Below, piece after piece: positions 16,268 to 26,890 of a stretch of 64,000 nucleotides of DNA. The notes below the pieces were generated by a model. The model worked only from the letters and a program-made list of their open reading frames with translations, was not told where the DNA came from and made no database searches. This stretch comes from an uncultured Planctomycetota bacterium (GTDB lineage: Bacteria > Planctomycetota > Planctomycetia > Isosphaerales > Isosphaeraceae): assembly GCA_963845755.1 (NCBI GenBank), contig CAWJTV010000005.1:768001-832000 (forward strand), written 5' to 3'. How positions within the stretch are numbered: the first letter of the stretch is position 1; each line of letters begins with the position of its first letter. The position numbers and the translations under genes were made by a program.

Positions 16268-16491
16268 CGTCGCGTGTTCCCTTTCCTCGATCTCGCGGGG
16301 GCGAGTGGAGCATCGGTCCGTTGCGGTTCCGACGCACCTGGCTGCGACTGCGGTTGAGCGGCCGGTTCCGCAGCTTCCCCGCGAGTCTGACGATCATCCG
16401 GACCCGAGGCGATAGCGAAGGATCGGGTGTGATCCTCTCCCGGAATGCGTCGGGTTCGGAAGACGCGCAGACCGAGCGAGCGCAAACTGCC

Positions 16492-17946
16492 CTATCGAAT
16501 GTAACGAATCCGACGAGGATCGGGAACCCAGCAAACCGATCGCCCGAACACTTGGAGCGGGACCACCTCCCCCGGCAGATGGACGAGGAACGGCTTGCCC
16601 AGAAACATCGAGCCGGGAACCACCGGCTTTCCCTCCCAGAAACGCGAATCATTCGAAACCGGGCTATTGTCACCCAGGACGAAGTATTCATCCGGGCCAA
16701 GCTCGACGGGCGATCGCAGCCCGTTACCCTGGCGCGGGGTATTCGCCAGGGTGCCGGTGTAATGCAGGTCGCGGTAGATCTTCAAATCGCTCACGGTCAG
16801 CTCGCCCCCATCCACGCCTAGCCCGATCGGGCTTTCACCGACAATGGGGATGGCCCGTCGGCTCTCATAGTCGAACGGATCGAACAGAAGCCGACCATCG
16901 ACGGCCAACAGCACTCGCTGGTCGAACGCCGATGCCTCCAGGGTGACGGTGCGAGGCCAGTGCCCCTTCTCTCGGAAGGGATTCCAGCAGTTCGATAGGG
17001 CGACGTGTTTGCCGTTATGCACCAGCTCGATCTCGCCGCCCAGCCGGACCGGGACACGCACTTCGAACTGGTCGGAGCCGGAGCGGAGCGCCGCCGAGAT
17101 CGCGTCAACCGACTCCGTGACCGTCAGTCGGGCTGTCAGACCGAGGTCAACCACCTCGTTCTCGGCCGGGAAACCGCCACCATTGTACGCGTAGAAATCG
17201 CGAACCGGTCCGTAACGTCGGCGCCACGGGTCCCAATGCCGATAGAGGATCCAGTCGCCAGGCCCGACTCCGGGTGTAGCCTGGTGCACGAATCCCTGTC
17301 AACCTCGAACCCATCCCGTCTTCGACGAGCGATAACCCCAGCCCGACCGGAAGATCCAACGGGGAAATCGGTCCGAATCCCGGGGCTGATAACCGGAGTC
17401 ATGCACCAGGATGCGCATGGCCCTCTGTTCCTCGAGCGTCTTCCGGACGATCTGGCCGTCAACATAGATGTCGCCGTCGAGGATGCGGACCGATTCGCCC
17501 GGGAGTCCGACGACCCGTTTGACATAAGCCTGTGACGGTTCCCCAGGGAAGTGGAACACGGCGACCTCCCAGCGCTTCGGGCGCCGGAAGTCGTACAGGA
17601 ACTTCTGGACGAGTACGCGATCGCCACCACACTCGACGGCCGGCGCCCGATCCATGTCACCCTGACCGCAATTCGGACAGACCGCCATCCCCGAATGACC
17701 TTCCTCATCGATGCCGACCAGGAAGACGAATTCGCAGTTCGAGCAGACCAGCTCCCGATGCCAGCCCAGCAGTGTCGGAGCCATCGAGCCCGTCGGCACC
17801 ACGTAAGCTTCGGCTGAGAAGGTCCGAGCCAGGATCACGCAGAGACACAGGAAGACTAGCAGCTCGACGGTCTGGCGCACCACGCCCGCACCCCGTTTGA
17901 TCGGTTGGAGCTGTCGGCGATCGGGAATTGGCGGCGATTCAGTCAT
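16492..17946 (-). CDS. lepB: signal peptidase I, second tandem copy, frameshift near 17300
   Basis: YVVPTGSMAPTL, GDRVLV, YVKRVVGLPGE, LGDNSPVSNDSR. Confidence 0.9.
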
Positions 17947-17977
17947 TTTCGTGATACGGAATCGGCTGCGATCGTGT

Positions 17978-18090
17978 TAAGAAACTGTCCGAGAAGCGGA
18001 CCGGGGTTTGTAGGGTGGGTGAAACCCACCAGAATCGGGACACTTCCTGGTGGGTTTCACCCACCCTACAAGATTCTCGGATAGTTCTTA
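17978..18090. repeat. inverted pair of GTAG-type REPs inside a second, outer inverted repeat (MITE-like)
   Basis: TTGTAGGGTGGGTGAAACCCACCAG (18008-18032) and its perfect reverse complement (18047-18071); outer arms TAAGAAACTGTCCGAGAA / TTCTCGGATAGTTCTTA. Confidence 0.85.
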
Positions 18091-18215
18091 GGCCGGAGCC
18101 CCCGTGTCGGTCTCGGCCACTATTCAGAGAGAACCATCGGTCGTCCCTCGGCGGGGTCCAATCGGCCACGCCAAACCACAGCGGCATCCGTTATTCCCGA
18201 CGGTCAACTGCGCCA

Positions 18216-20022
18216 TCAATCATCACTGTCATCAAGCACTGAGAGGAAGGCGTCCTGAGAGATCTCGACGCTCCCTACCTGTTTCATACGTTTCTTCCCC
18301 TCCTTTTGCTTTTCCAGGAGTTTCCGTTTTCGGGAGATGTCACCTCCATAACATTTCGCGGTGACATTCTTGCGCAAGGCGGAGATGGTCTCGCGGGCGA
18401 TCACCCGGCTGCCAATCGCAGCCTGGATGGCCACCTCGAATTGATGACGTTCGATCTCGCCGCGCAGTTTGCGAACCAGCTTCCGGCCCCGGCGATCCGC
18501 ATGGCGCACGATGTACGACCGTCGAAAGAGCATCAACCCGCTGACCGGCGACCAGGATATCCAACCGGCAGAGTTCCCCGGCGCGATAGCCGATGACCTC
18601 GTAGTCCATGGTGCCGTAACCCCGGGTCGCACTCTTCAATTTGTCGTAAAGATCGTAAATCATTTCCGCCAAAGGCAATTCATAGCTCAAGATCGCCCGC
18701 GTCAGCGACAGATACTCCGTTTTCAAATAGACACCCCGACGATCCTCACAAAGCTGCATGATGGCGCCTATGCAATCAGACGGGATGATGAAATTCAGTC
18801 GAGCGATGGGCTCTCGGAATTCCTCGATCTCGCCGGAATCGGGAATTCGGGTGGGGTTCGAGATATAGCTGATCTCACCGCTCCGTGTAACGATCTCGTA
18901 CGTTACGGTGGGGGCGGTCTGGACGAGCGAGAGGTTGCTCTCGCGTTCCAGCCGCTGCTGGACGATTTCCATGTGGAGCATACCCAGGAAACCGCAACGG
19001 AAGCCGAATCCAAGTGCGTCGGAGGTTTCCGGCTCAAACGTAAAGCTAGAATCATTAAGCGCCAATTTTTGAAGGGCTGTCCTCAGATCGTCGAACTGCG
19101 TATGAGTTGCGGGGAACAAGCCGCAAAAGACAACAGGGACGGGCTCAAGGTAGCCGGGCAAGGCAACCTGCGCCGGGCCGGGGACCTGGGTGATAGTGTC
19201 GCCGATCCGGATATCGGAGAGCCGTTTGATGTTGGCGATGACGTAACCGACCTGTCCGACGCCCAGCTCGTCGCAAGCGACTTCACGTGGCCGAAACCGG
19301 CCAAGACCCGTCACCTCGTAGTCCGTTTCGCCGGCCATGAGGCGGATTCTCTGTCCGACGCGTAGTATGCCGTCGACAACCCGGACGTAGGTGATCACCC
19401 CCTGATAATCATCGAACTTGGAATCGAAGATCAAGGCGCGGAGAGGCGCCTTCGGGTCACCCGCGGGAGCCGGAACCCGTTCGATGATGGCTCGAAACAC
19501 ATCGGGAACCCCCTGCCCTGACTTGGCACTGACGGCCAGGACATCACTCGGCTCGATCCCCAGGCTGGTCATCATCTCTTCCTTGACGACCTCGGGCCGG
19601 GACGCCTGCATGTCGATCTTGTTGAGCACGGGTACGATCGCCAGGTCATTTCCCGCAGCCAGGTAGGCGTTGGCCACCGTCTGGGCCTGAACCCCCTGCG
19701 TCGCGTCCACGAGCAAGATCGCCCCTTCGCAGGCCGCGAGGCTGCGCGACACCTCGTAATGGAAGTCAACGTGGCCGGGCGTGTCGATGAGGTTCAGCTC
19801 GTAAACCTGGCCGTCCAGCGTGTAATTGATCGCGACGGCCCGTGCCTTGATCGTGATTCCGCGCTCGCGTTCCAGATCCATGTCGTCGAGCAATTGCTCG
19901 CGGAATTCGCGCTGGGTGATCGCTCCGGATTGAAGCAGGAGTTGGTCCGCGAGCGTGCTTTTGCCGTGATCGATGTGCGCGACGATCGAGAAATTCCGGA
20001 TGAATCGAGGATCAAAAGCCAT
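18216..20022 (-). CDS. lepA: elongation factor 4 (LepA), frameshift near 18510
   Basis: [39 protein letters not shown]-terminal [30 protein letters not shown]. Confidence 0.97.
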
Positions 20023-20454
20023 GGTCAGGTCCAGCACCTTGGTTTCGGCCATTTCGGACCGAGAAGTTGATTCCGAACTTCGATGTTTGGAAGCATGATT
20101 GAAGCAATTACAGGAAGGACTTTATCGAGGGGCTCCGACCCGTCGCGCCGGAACGGGCGGAGGGGAAAGGTCGTCGAGGCGAGGAGGCAAGCCGACGGGT
20201 CTTCAAGCTTTGTGTTCCATAAATCCTGGTTTCACCAGACCATCGGAATTCCGACGTCCGCCTTCGAGGCGAAGTTTCGGCTCTCTGCACTCAGATTGCA
20301 TGATTATATTGGGTCAGGTCAATGACGAGAAGGCGGGTTATGGTCGGCAACGCGGCAGAGCCGGCCGATCGCGATCGAGGGCTGCACCCGTGCAGGCGAG
20401 TTTTCCGGAACTCGTCACGTCCCTCTCCAATGATCCAGCCATCGGATCCAGGCT

Positions 20455-20581
20455 GGTCACGCCCGCTTCTTCTCGGGGTTCCGCCAGTGGAATGCGGCCG
20501 GCGAAGGAGGGCAAGGCACGTTGCGATCATGGCGTTACTCAAGACGAACTCGATGAAGATTCTCCAGAAGACTTCCTCCAT
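20455..20581 (-). pseudogene. degenerate fragment paralogous to the N-terminal membrane module of the 22620..26423 gene
   Basis: EEVFWRIFIEFVLSNAMIATCLALL(fs)AFHWRNPE versus EDVLWRMFVDSVVSNAVTATGLALLIWAAFGWRRSE. Confidence 0.65.
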
Positions 20582-20754
20582 TTCACTGAGTTTCTTGACG
20601 CTACAAATCCTTACAATATAGGGATTTGCGGAAATTCAGATTGTCGAGGGGCTCACGCCACTGGCCACGTGCGGTCACCCCCCGGGGCTTTGGGAACCGA
20701 CTCTCCGTGCGATTAATGAATATATTCTATTTGTTCATATCTTAGTATATTTGT

Positions 20755-20929
20755 CCGTAGGCTCCCCGCGCCGTGCGTGCATCTGGGGATTCCGAATTCC
20801 GGATTCGAGATTCCGGAGTCCCGAATCCTTCCCCTTCGGGAATCCGGAATCTCGAATCCGGAATCCCAATTGATTCCCCTTCGGGACTCGGGCATCTCGA
20901 ATCCGGAATCCCGATTGGGTTGCGGCCGA
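20755..20929 (+). repeat. composite repeat, copy A (GTAG head, heptamer arrays, GCGGCC hairpin), interrupted by the IS
   Basis: CCGTAGG..GCGCCGTGCG..GGGGATTCCGAATTCCGGATTCGAGATTCCGG...GATTGGGTTGCGGCCGA; near-identical to 22414-22600. Confidence 0.9.
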
Positions 20930-22391
20930 GGAACACCGACGAAATAACTTCCCGACTTCACACATTGGGTAAAATGCGGTAGTTCCAGCGTGGCAGGATG
21001 GCGTCCCGGAGCAGCTTCACGGCATCCTTGGCGGTTTCGCTGACCTTTCGGCCGAGTTGATAGACCTTGTCCAGGATGTCGACTTGAACCGTCAGGCCCG
21101 TCCGCGTCGTGGCTTTCCTCATCAGTTCGGCGACCCAGTCGATGTTGTGCAGGATGACGCCCTTGCAGACCCGCGTCAGGTGGGGGAACAGGCGATGTTC
21201 GATCGGGTTGAACTTCGAGGCGTACGGCGGATAGTGCGCCACCCGGATCTCCAACTCCAGGTCGTTGGCCAGGCGTTGCAAGTCGGCCCGGAACAAGTGC
21301 TGCTGGTAGCGGTCGTTGTCCGCCGGGTTGCTCCCGCCGCCATCGCAGAGCAGCAGCAGCGACGTCGCCTGCGGGTAGACCGCGTTGCCGAATCGGTCCC
21401 ACCAGTCCTTGACGCAGTCGCATGCGAATTCGCTGGTATCATGACTCGTGCCTAGGTGGATGTATCCGCGATTCTGCTTGAGGTCGTAGATCCCGTGGGG
21501 CAACACGAATCCCTCGGCGAACTCGTCGAAGTCGTGGTCGAACACCCGGATCGTCTGTCGCGTCTGGAGCGTGCCGGCGCGGAAGAAGTTGCCGAGCCGT
21601 TCTCGGGATTTCAGGTCCATGCTCAGGACCGGGTGGGGGGAGTCGAGGTATTCCCCCTTGAGCCGGCCGATCGTCTGGAATTGGTGGTCTCGCTCGGGGT
21701 GGCGGCTCAGCGGTTCCATGCGCAGGGCTTTGCGTTCATGGAAACCTTCCTGATCGAGCAGTTGGCTGACGATATGCACACTGACAAAGCTTCCACACTC
21801 TCGCATGCCACCTGCGATTTCGATCTTGGTCAAGTTGGTCCAGATCAGGGACTCCGCGGTTGGGCTGCCGGCGGTGCGATCGAGGAGGACCTTGTGGAAG
21901 TTGTTGGTGATCTCGGGGTCTTGATCGAGCCGCCGTCTCCGCCCCCCGCCGGGCTGGCGGACCTGCGGAGCGGGTTCGGCGGGGAGATCCTCGAGGTCGC
22001 GCTGGCCGTGACGAATGGTCTTGGGATCGACGCCCAAGACCTTGGCGATGTACTCGACCCCGCCGTGACCCAACTTGGCCGCCTCGACCGCCGCATACCG
22101 TCGCCGATCATTCTCGCGCAAGGAATGGTAGAATGCTCTCATGGTCCGCTCGACGTCCGGGGAATAAGGCGACATGATTGGCCTCCGGCTAAAGACCCAG
22201 ATACGGAACAATCCTCGCTATACCACCGCACGCCCCCCCGGGACCAGAAGGGCCCTCCGAAAACCGACATCGCGGGGAGGCAGACGGGTCTGCGCCCGAG
22301 GAACAGCCTGGATCTTCCTATCTTACCTAGGTTCTCATGGCGAACAGCAGTTTGGCACCATGAAATGGGGATGTTATTTCGTCGGCGTTCC
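20930..22391 (-). mobile_element. ISAzo13-family insertion sequence
   Basis: 24-bp terminal inverted repeats, 22/24 match (GGAACACCGACGAAATAACTTCCC / GGGATGTTATTTCGTCGGCGTTCC), enclosing a transposase. Confidence 0.9.
20958..22175 (-). CDS. ISAzo13-family DDE transposase
   Basis: LRENDRRRYAAVEA, GGGRRR, HDTSEFA, CDGGGSN, HYPPYASKFNPIEHRLF, WNYRI. Confidence 0.93.
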   Translation of the reverse strand: MSPYSPDVERTMRAFYHSLRENDRRRYAAVEAAKLGHGGVEYIAKVLGVDPKTIRHGQRDLEDLPAEPAPQVRQPGGGRRRRLDQDPEITNNFHKVLLDRTAGSPTAESLIWTNLTKIEIAGGMRECGSFVSVHIVSQLLDQEGFHERKALRMEPLSRHPERDHQFQTIGRLKGEYLDSPHPVLSMDLKSRERLGNFFRAGTLQTRQTIRVFDHDFDEFAEGFVLPHGIYDLKQNRGYIHLGTSHDTSEFACDCVKDWWDRFGNAVYPQATSLLLLCDGGGSNPADNDRYQQHLFRADLQRLANDLELEIRVAHYPPYASKFNPIEHRLFPHLTRVCKGVILHNIDWVAELMRKATTRTGLTVQVDILDKVYQLGRKVSETAKDAVKLLRDAILPRWNYRILPNV

Positions 22392-22413
22392 AAGGCCGCG
22401 TTAGAGTCGTCCT

Positions 22414-22600
22414 CCGTAGGATCCCTGCGCCGTGCGCGAAACTGGGGATTCCGAATTCCGGATTCGAGATTCCGGAGTCCCGAATCCTTCCCCTTCGGGA
22501 CTCCGGAATCTCGAATCGGGATCCCAATTGATTCCCCTTCGGGAATCCGGAATCTCGAATCCGGAATCCCGATTGGGTTGCGGCCGAAGGCCGCGTTAGG
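22414..22600 (+). repeat. composite repeat, copy B (intact)
   Basis: Same unit as 20755-20929, ending in GGGTTGCGGCCGAAGGCCGCGTTAGG. Confidence 0.9.
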
Positions 22601-22619
22601 GAAATGTCCTGGAAGTCAA

Positions 22620-25600
22620 CTATGGACTCGGGTGCCAGTTGTCGCCGATTTCAGCTCGAAGATATACCTCGCGGCGGGTCGGTGAAGTCGCCAGGATTTG
22701 CGCCATCTTGATGAACCCAAGGGGCCGGAGGTCCACGTCGCGGCGGTCTGCGAGCGCGGTCAGCTCGGCGACTAACAACGATTCGGCGTGTTCGGGATCA
22801 ACCAATGCCCAGGCCATGAGCCATCGGTCGCCCGCGAGTCCGGCCGACGGGGCGAAGTCGAGGCTACTCCGGGATTCGATGTCCCAGAGAATCTGTCGCG
22901 CTGCGACCGTGTCGGTCAGGGCCAGGACGGCGGCGGCGGCGATCTCCGAGCGAACCTGAGTTGCGGCGTCGCGGTGCGGGCCCGCGCCTCGGGTCGCCAA
23001 CACATGGGCAATCACACTATCCATGTCCGGATAGCCGGCATTCCGTGAGTGTGCGGCGATCCAGGCGGCCGAGAGAGTCGCGCCGCCAAATCCGTTGAAT
23101 TGCTCTGGATGGTCGAGCGGCCTGAGGGCAGAGTCGATCAGGCTGATAGCCCAGGCTCGGCCCTGATCGCCTGAGGAGGCCGCTTCCGCCAGCCACGCGA
23201 ACGCCTCGGCAGTAATTCCGACAGTGGCTCCTCCTGTCTGCCCTACGGTGTCCCGCGCAAGGTTGGGGTTCCTGGAGGCGACCTTGAAGGCAATCTCCGC
23301 CCTGGTCCGCGGCCTGGCGTCTGATACCGTTTTCATCGCATCGGCCATGGCGAGGGCACGCACCGGGTTGGTCACGGCGATCGCCCGGGCGACATGGGAG
23401 ACGGCAACCTCTCGCTCGTTCGGTTGCTGGATGGGCTCGATCAGCCGCATTGCGCGGTTCAGATCGATTGGTGCGAGCGAACCGGCGACCAGGCCGCGGA
23501 TCGCGGCTCCCTTGCCGTCGATCGCGATTCGGGAGGCCATCGCGACGGACTCCTCGATCAGCGCACGACCGTCATCCTGGCGGCCAAGGCGGACGAGTAG
23601 AGAACCGGCCCGCGCCATCGCGGCGGTCCGTTCGGGGCTCGGATCCAAAGCGCGGGCTCGGATGGCCGCTTCCTCGGCGAATCGCAGGGCCTTGGCCCGA
23701 TCCGAGTTCGCGAACCGATCCGCCAGGTCTTGCAGGAGATTCTGGCCAGGCGCGTCTCGGTCAGTCCGGAGTAGATCGAGCGCCGCCCCACCATCGGTCT
23801 CGGCCAACTGCTCGGCGGCGATGCGCCGGATTGCGTCGTCGTAGCGACCACCGTGCACGGCCGACCACGCCAGGGCCCGCTTCAGATCCAGGCGAGCCAT
23901 GACGAGTATACAGCCGGATGCGCCGTTATTGTCGGCGTCCTGACCGTATCGTTCCCAGAGTCGCGTCACGATTCGATCCGCTATGGTCCGCTGCACCTCG
24001 TATCGGGGCGGCTCGACGGGCTTCCAGGGTGCGAGCGGCGGTTCGTTGTCGCGGACGAGCCGGATCTTGACGTCGCCTGCATTCCCGTCGATCCGAACCC
24101 CCGCGAGCCGGTACGTGGGCACGCTAGCGAAGACGTACTTCCCACCAGGGTAGAGCCCTTCGAGCCGGAACCGGCCCTTCTCGTCGGTCCAGGTGCTGGC
24201 AAGGTCGGGTGCGTCGCCGCGGTTGAATACGGATGCTCTCGCAAAGGGTCGACCGGCGGCGTCCACCACGGTTCCCGACACATAACCGCTCGTATCTTCG
24301 AGCACGATCCGACCGAGGTCCCGCTCCTCCCCGGCCCGGCCGGTGCCCTCGGGCGTTTCGGCTTTACCATAGCCTTCGGCCTCGACCGTCACCTTGAATC
24401 GTTCGCCCGTCCAGAGGGCACGGGTCACGAATCGGCCGGAGGCGTCGGTCGTGTAGACATCCAGCGTCCCTCGCGCTCCGCTGGGCTGGCCCCAGTTGAA
24501 AGCGGGATAGCGGCCCCACCAGAGGGACACCTTGGCACCTTCGATCGGCCCTCCGACCCGGTTCGTCACCATCCCGCGGATGCGCCATGATCGTGCCGGC
24601 TCGATCGTCAGCGTGAGTCGTCCCCTTTGTTCTCGAGGCCGGATTGAGACGTCTGGGTTCGTCGCTGCGGTGTCGGTTCGTGACAGCACGGTGATGTTGT
24701 CGTCGGGGATGAGTTGTTCGAGGCGGAAAGTTCCATCGGGCTGAGTTACGGTCGTTGGGCCTTTCAGCGCCTGCGGAAGATCGTGGGGACTGATTACGAA
24801 AACATTCGCGCCAGGGACCGGACGACCCTGTCCATCCACGGCGATTCCGTCCACCGTCAGGGACCGGGCCAGCTTGAGATCCGGCCATTTCTGATCGCCG
24901 CCAACATTCAGCTTGGGCCAAATGTCGGAGTGGAGGCCGGTATTGGTCTTCGTGTGTCCAGGGACGACCTGGACGAGCCTCGGCGGATGCGGAATGGAGA
25001 CGCGATAACGGCCCTGGGCGTCCGTGCTGGCCCTCGGATGCCATGCACTGTTGTAGGGGTTCTGACCCAGGAGGACGCCAAGGTTCACACCGGCGAGACC
25101 CTGGCCATTCTCCGCGTCGATGACTCGGCCCTCGATCACGGGAAGGCGGCGGACCTTGACTGCCAGGCCGGCGACCGCCGAGCCAGGTGCGACCGTGACT
25201 CCGTAGACGCCCTGGGAATCGTAGGGCCCGTCGAATGGCGTGTCGGCCTGGATGGAATACCGGCCCGGTGGCACGTTGTCGAATTGGAATGATCCGTCCG
25301 CTTCGACGCGGGTCTCTTTGTAGACCCGCAGGGCGTACGAGTTCACCCGCACGTATCCGCCGGAATCCTCGCTGAGGAACACGCGCATTCGACCCTGTGG
25401 GCTGGGCTCGACATTCGGCTCGATTCGCCCGCGGACGCGGCCCAACCTGCTGTCCAGGACGATCTTCATCGGTGCCGTCGTATGCCATCGGAGGGAGGGA
25501 GAGGCGAAGGCAGGCGCCTCGATCGTGACCGTGATCATCGCGTCCTTGGGGATGTGACGAAGCGTGAAGGATCCCTCGCGATCCGTCCTCGCCGCGTGCC

Positions 25601-26423
25601 TCCGAGCGACGTCGCGGCTGAGCGAGATCGTGCCCGACGAGAAGTACGAGTGGCTGAGGGACGTCGGAAGAACCTCGACCCCGACGATCGGACGGCCCAT
25701 CTGGTCGGTCAGGCGACCACCGACCTCTGTGCCCTCCACGACCTCGATCGGATCGGGCGGCGGGCTGTTCCAGTACACGACGGATTGCCAGCCGGTCCAG
25801 CCGGACCGGTCGCGCACGAACAGGCTGACCGAGTAGGGCAACTGCCGCCCCGGACGGTTCCAGAACGCATTGAAGGAGTACCGTCCGTCTGCGTCGGCGA
25901 CCGTCTCGGCGACCGTCTTGCACGTCTCCCCGTCGCCATGGAGGACCCAGACGCGTGCGCCGGCGACTCCCTGGGACTTGTAGACGACCCGTCCGGCGAG
26001 GTCGCCCGGATCCGCGGCCGCGAACGGGATGCCTCCCACGGCCACCAGCCACGATACGCCCAGGAGGGCGAGGGCCTTGGTGGATCGTCGCCGATCCTCG
26101 GAGCGACGCCAGCCGAACGCGGCCCAGATCAGAAGGGCAAGGCCCGTCGCGGTCACGGCGTTGCTGACGACGGAATCGACGAACATCCTCCAGAGGACGT
26201 CCTCCAGGTTCCTGGCCTCTTGACGCACGGTCAGGTAGGGCATGATTCGCAATCCGACCACCGCGGTCAGAATAAGGCCGAGCGCCGTGGCCGTCACCTT
26301 GGAGACCTGGGGATGCCGGCTTCGACCGACCCAGGAGACGTAGAATCCCACGAGTATTACCGAAATGGTCGGTAATTGGGAGAGGATGTTCTGGAACATC
26401 ACGATGCGATCGGTGTTGCGCAT
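22620..26423 (-). CDS. large membrane-anchored protein with repeated carboxypeptidase-regulatory-like beta domains and a helical-repeat C-terminus
   Basis: Intact 1267-aa ORF; repeated G.V.D..GRP..GA.V...TD..GRF.L modules; about four N-terminal hydrophobic helices. Confidence 0.82.
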   Translation of the reverse strand: MRNTDRIVMFQNILSQLPTISVILVGFYVSWVGRSRHPQVSKVTATALGLILTAVVGLRIMPYLTVRQEARNLEDVLWRMFVDSVVSNAVTATGLALLIWAAFGWRRSEDRRRSTKALALLGVSWLVAVGGIPFAAADPGDLAGRVVYKSQGVAGARVWVLHGDGETCKTVAETVADADGRYSFNAFWNRPGRQLPYSVSLFVRDRSGWTGWQSVVYWNSPPPDPIEVVEGTEVGGRLTDQMGRPIVGVEVLPTSLSHSYFSSGTISLSRDVARRHAARTDREGSFTLRHIPKDAMITVTIEAPAFASPSLRWHTTAPMKIVLDSRLGRVRGRIEPNVEPSPQGRMRVFLSEDSGGYVRVNSYALRVYKETRVEADGSFQFDNVPPGRYSIQADTPFDGPYDSQGVYGVTVAPGSAVAGLAVKVRRLPVIEGRVIDAENGQGLAGVNLGVLLGQNPYNSAWHPRASTDAQGRYRVSIPHPPRLVQVVPGHTKTNTGLHSDIWPKLNVGGDQKWPDLKLARSLTVDGIAVDGQGRPVPGANVFVISPHDLPQALKGPTTVTQPDGTFRLEQLIPDDNITVLSRTDTAATNPDVSIRPREQRGRLTLTIEPARSWRIRGMVTNRVGGPIEGAKVSLWWGRYPAFNWGQPSGARGTLDVYTTDASGRFVTRALWTGERFKVTVEAEGYGKAETPEGTGRAGEERDLGRIVLEDTSGYVSGTVVDAAGRPFARASVFNRGDAPDLASTWTDEKGRFRLEGLYPGGKYVFASVPTYRLAGVRIDGNAGDVKIRLVRDNEPPLAPWKPVEPPRYEVQRTIADRIVTRLWERYGQDADNNGASGCILVMARLDLKRALAWSAVHGGRYDDAIRRIAAEQLAETDGGAALDLLRTDRDAPGQNLLQDLADRFANSDRAKALRFAEEAAIRARALDPSPERTAAMARAGSLLVRLGRQDDGRALIEESVAMASRIAIDGKGAAIRGLVAGSLAPIDLNRAMRLIEPIQQPNEREVAVSHVARAIAVTNPVRALAMADAMKTVSDARPRTRAEIAFKVASRNPNLARDTVGQTGGATVGITAEAFAWLAEAASSGDQGRAWAISLIDSALRPLDHPEQFNGFGGATLSAAWIAAHSRNAGYPDMDSVIAHVLATRGAGPHRDAATQVRSEIAAAAVLALTDTVAARQILWDIESRSSLDFAPSAGLAGDRWLMAWALVDPEHAESLLVAELTALADRRDVDLRPLGFIKMAQILATSPTRREVYLRAEIGDNWHPSP

Positions 26424-26473
26424 TCAATCGCCGCCCTTCTCAGGATGGATGCCTCGCTCACGTAACGAGGACT

Positions 26474-26726
26474 GCGGCCGCAATTGCAGAGGGATTCCCG
26501 ATTCGAGATTCCGGATTCCAGATGAACAAGGATTCAGGAATCTGGAGTCCGAAATCCGGAATCAAGGTTCCCCCAGATGCGCGCACGGCGCAGGAATCCT
26601 ACCAAGGAAGACTCTGACTTGCCTTGCGGCCGCAATCAAGGACAGATTCCCGATTCGAGATTCCGGATTCCAGAAGGGGAAGGAATCGGGAATCCTCGGT
26701 CGTGCGCACGGCGCAGGGATCCTGCG
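26474..26726 (-). repeat. two diverged copies (C and D) of the composite repeat, in inverted orientation
   Basis: GCGGCCGCAAT...GATTCCCGATTCGAGATTCCGGATTCCAGA...GCGCACGGCGCAGG(A/G)ATCCT occurs twice (26474-26602 and 26626-26726). Confidence 0.82.
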
Positions 26727-26890
26727 AAGAAAGACGCGATGACGCCGGCAAGGAGAATTTGCAGGCTTGCACATACTAACCCGAAGCGTCGGGGAGGCTC
26801 TGCGGCCGTTCCCCTCGCTGAAGCTTCGGGTTAGCATGTGGGCCTCCTTCGTCCCGGGGGATACCGCATGGACCGCATCTTTCCATACCT

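Noticed and set aside
20755..26726. CRISPR array
   Set aside because: The units are ~100-190-bp composites of 7-mers, with no constant repeat plus unique spacers and no cas genes.
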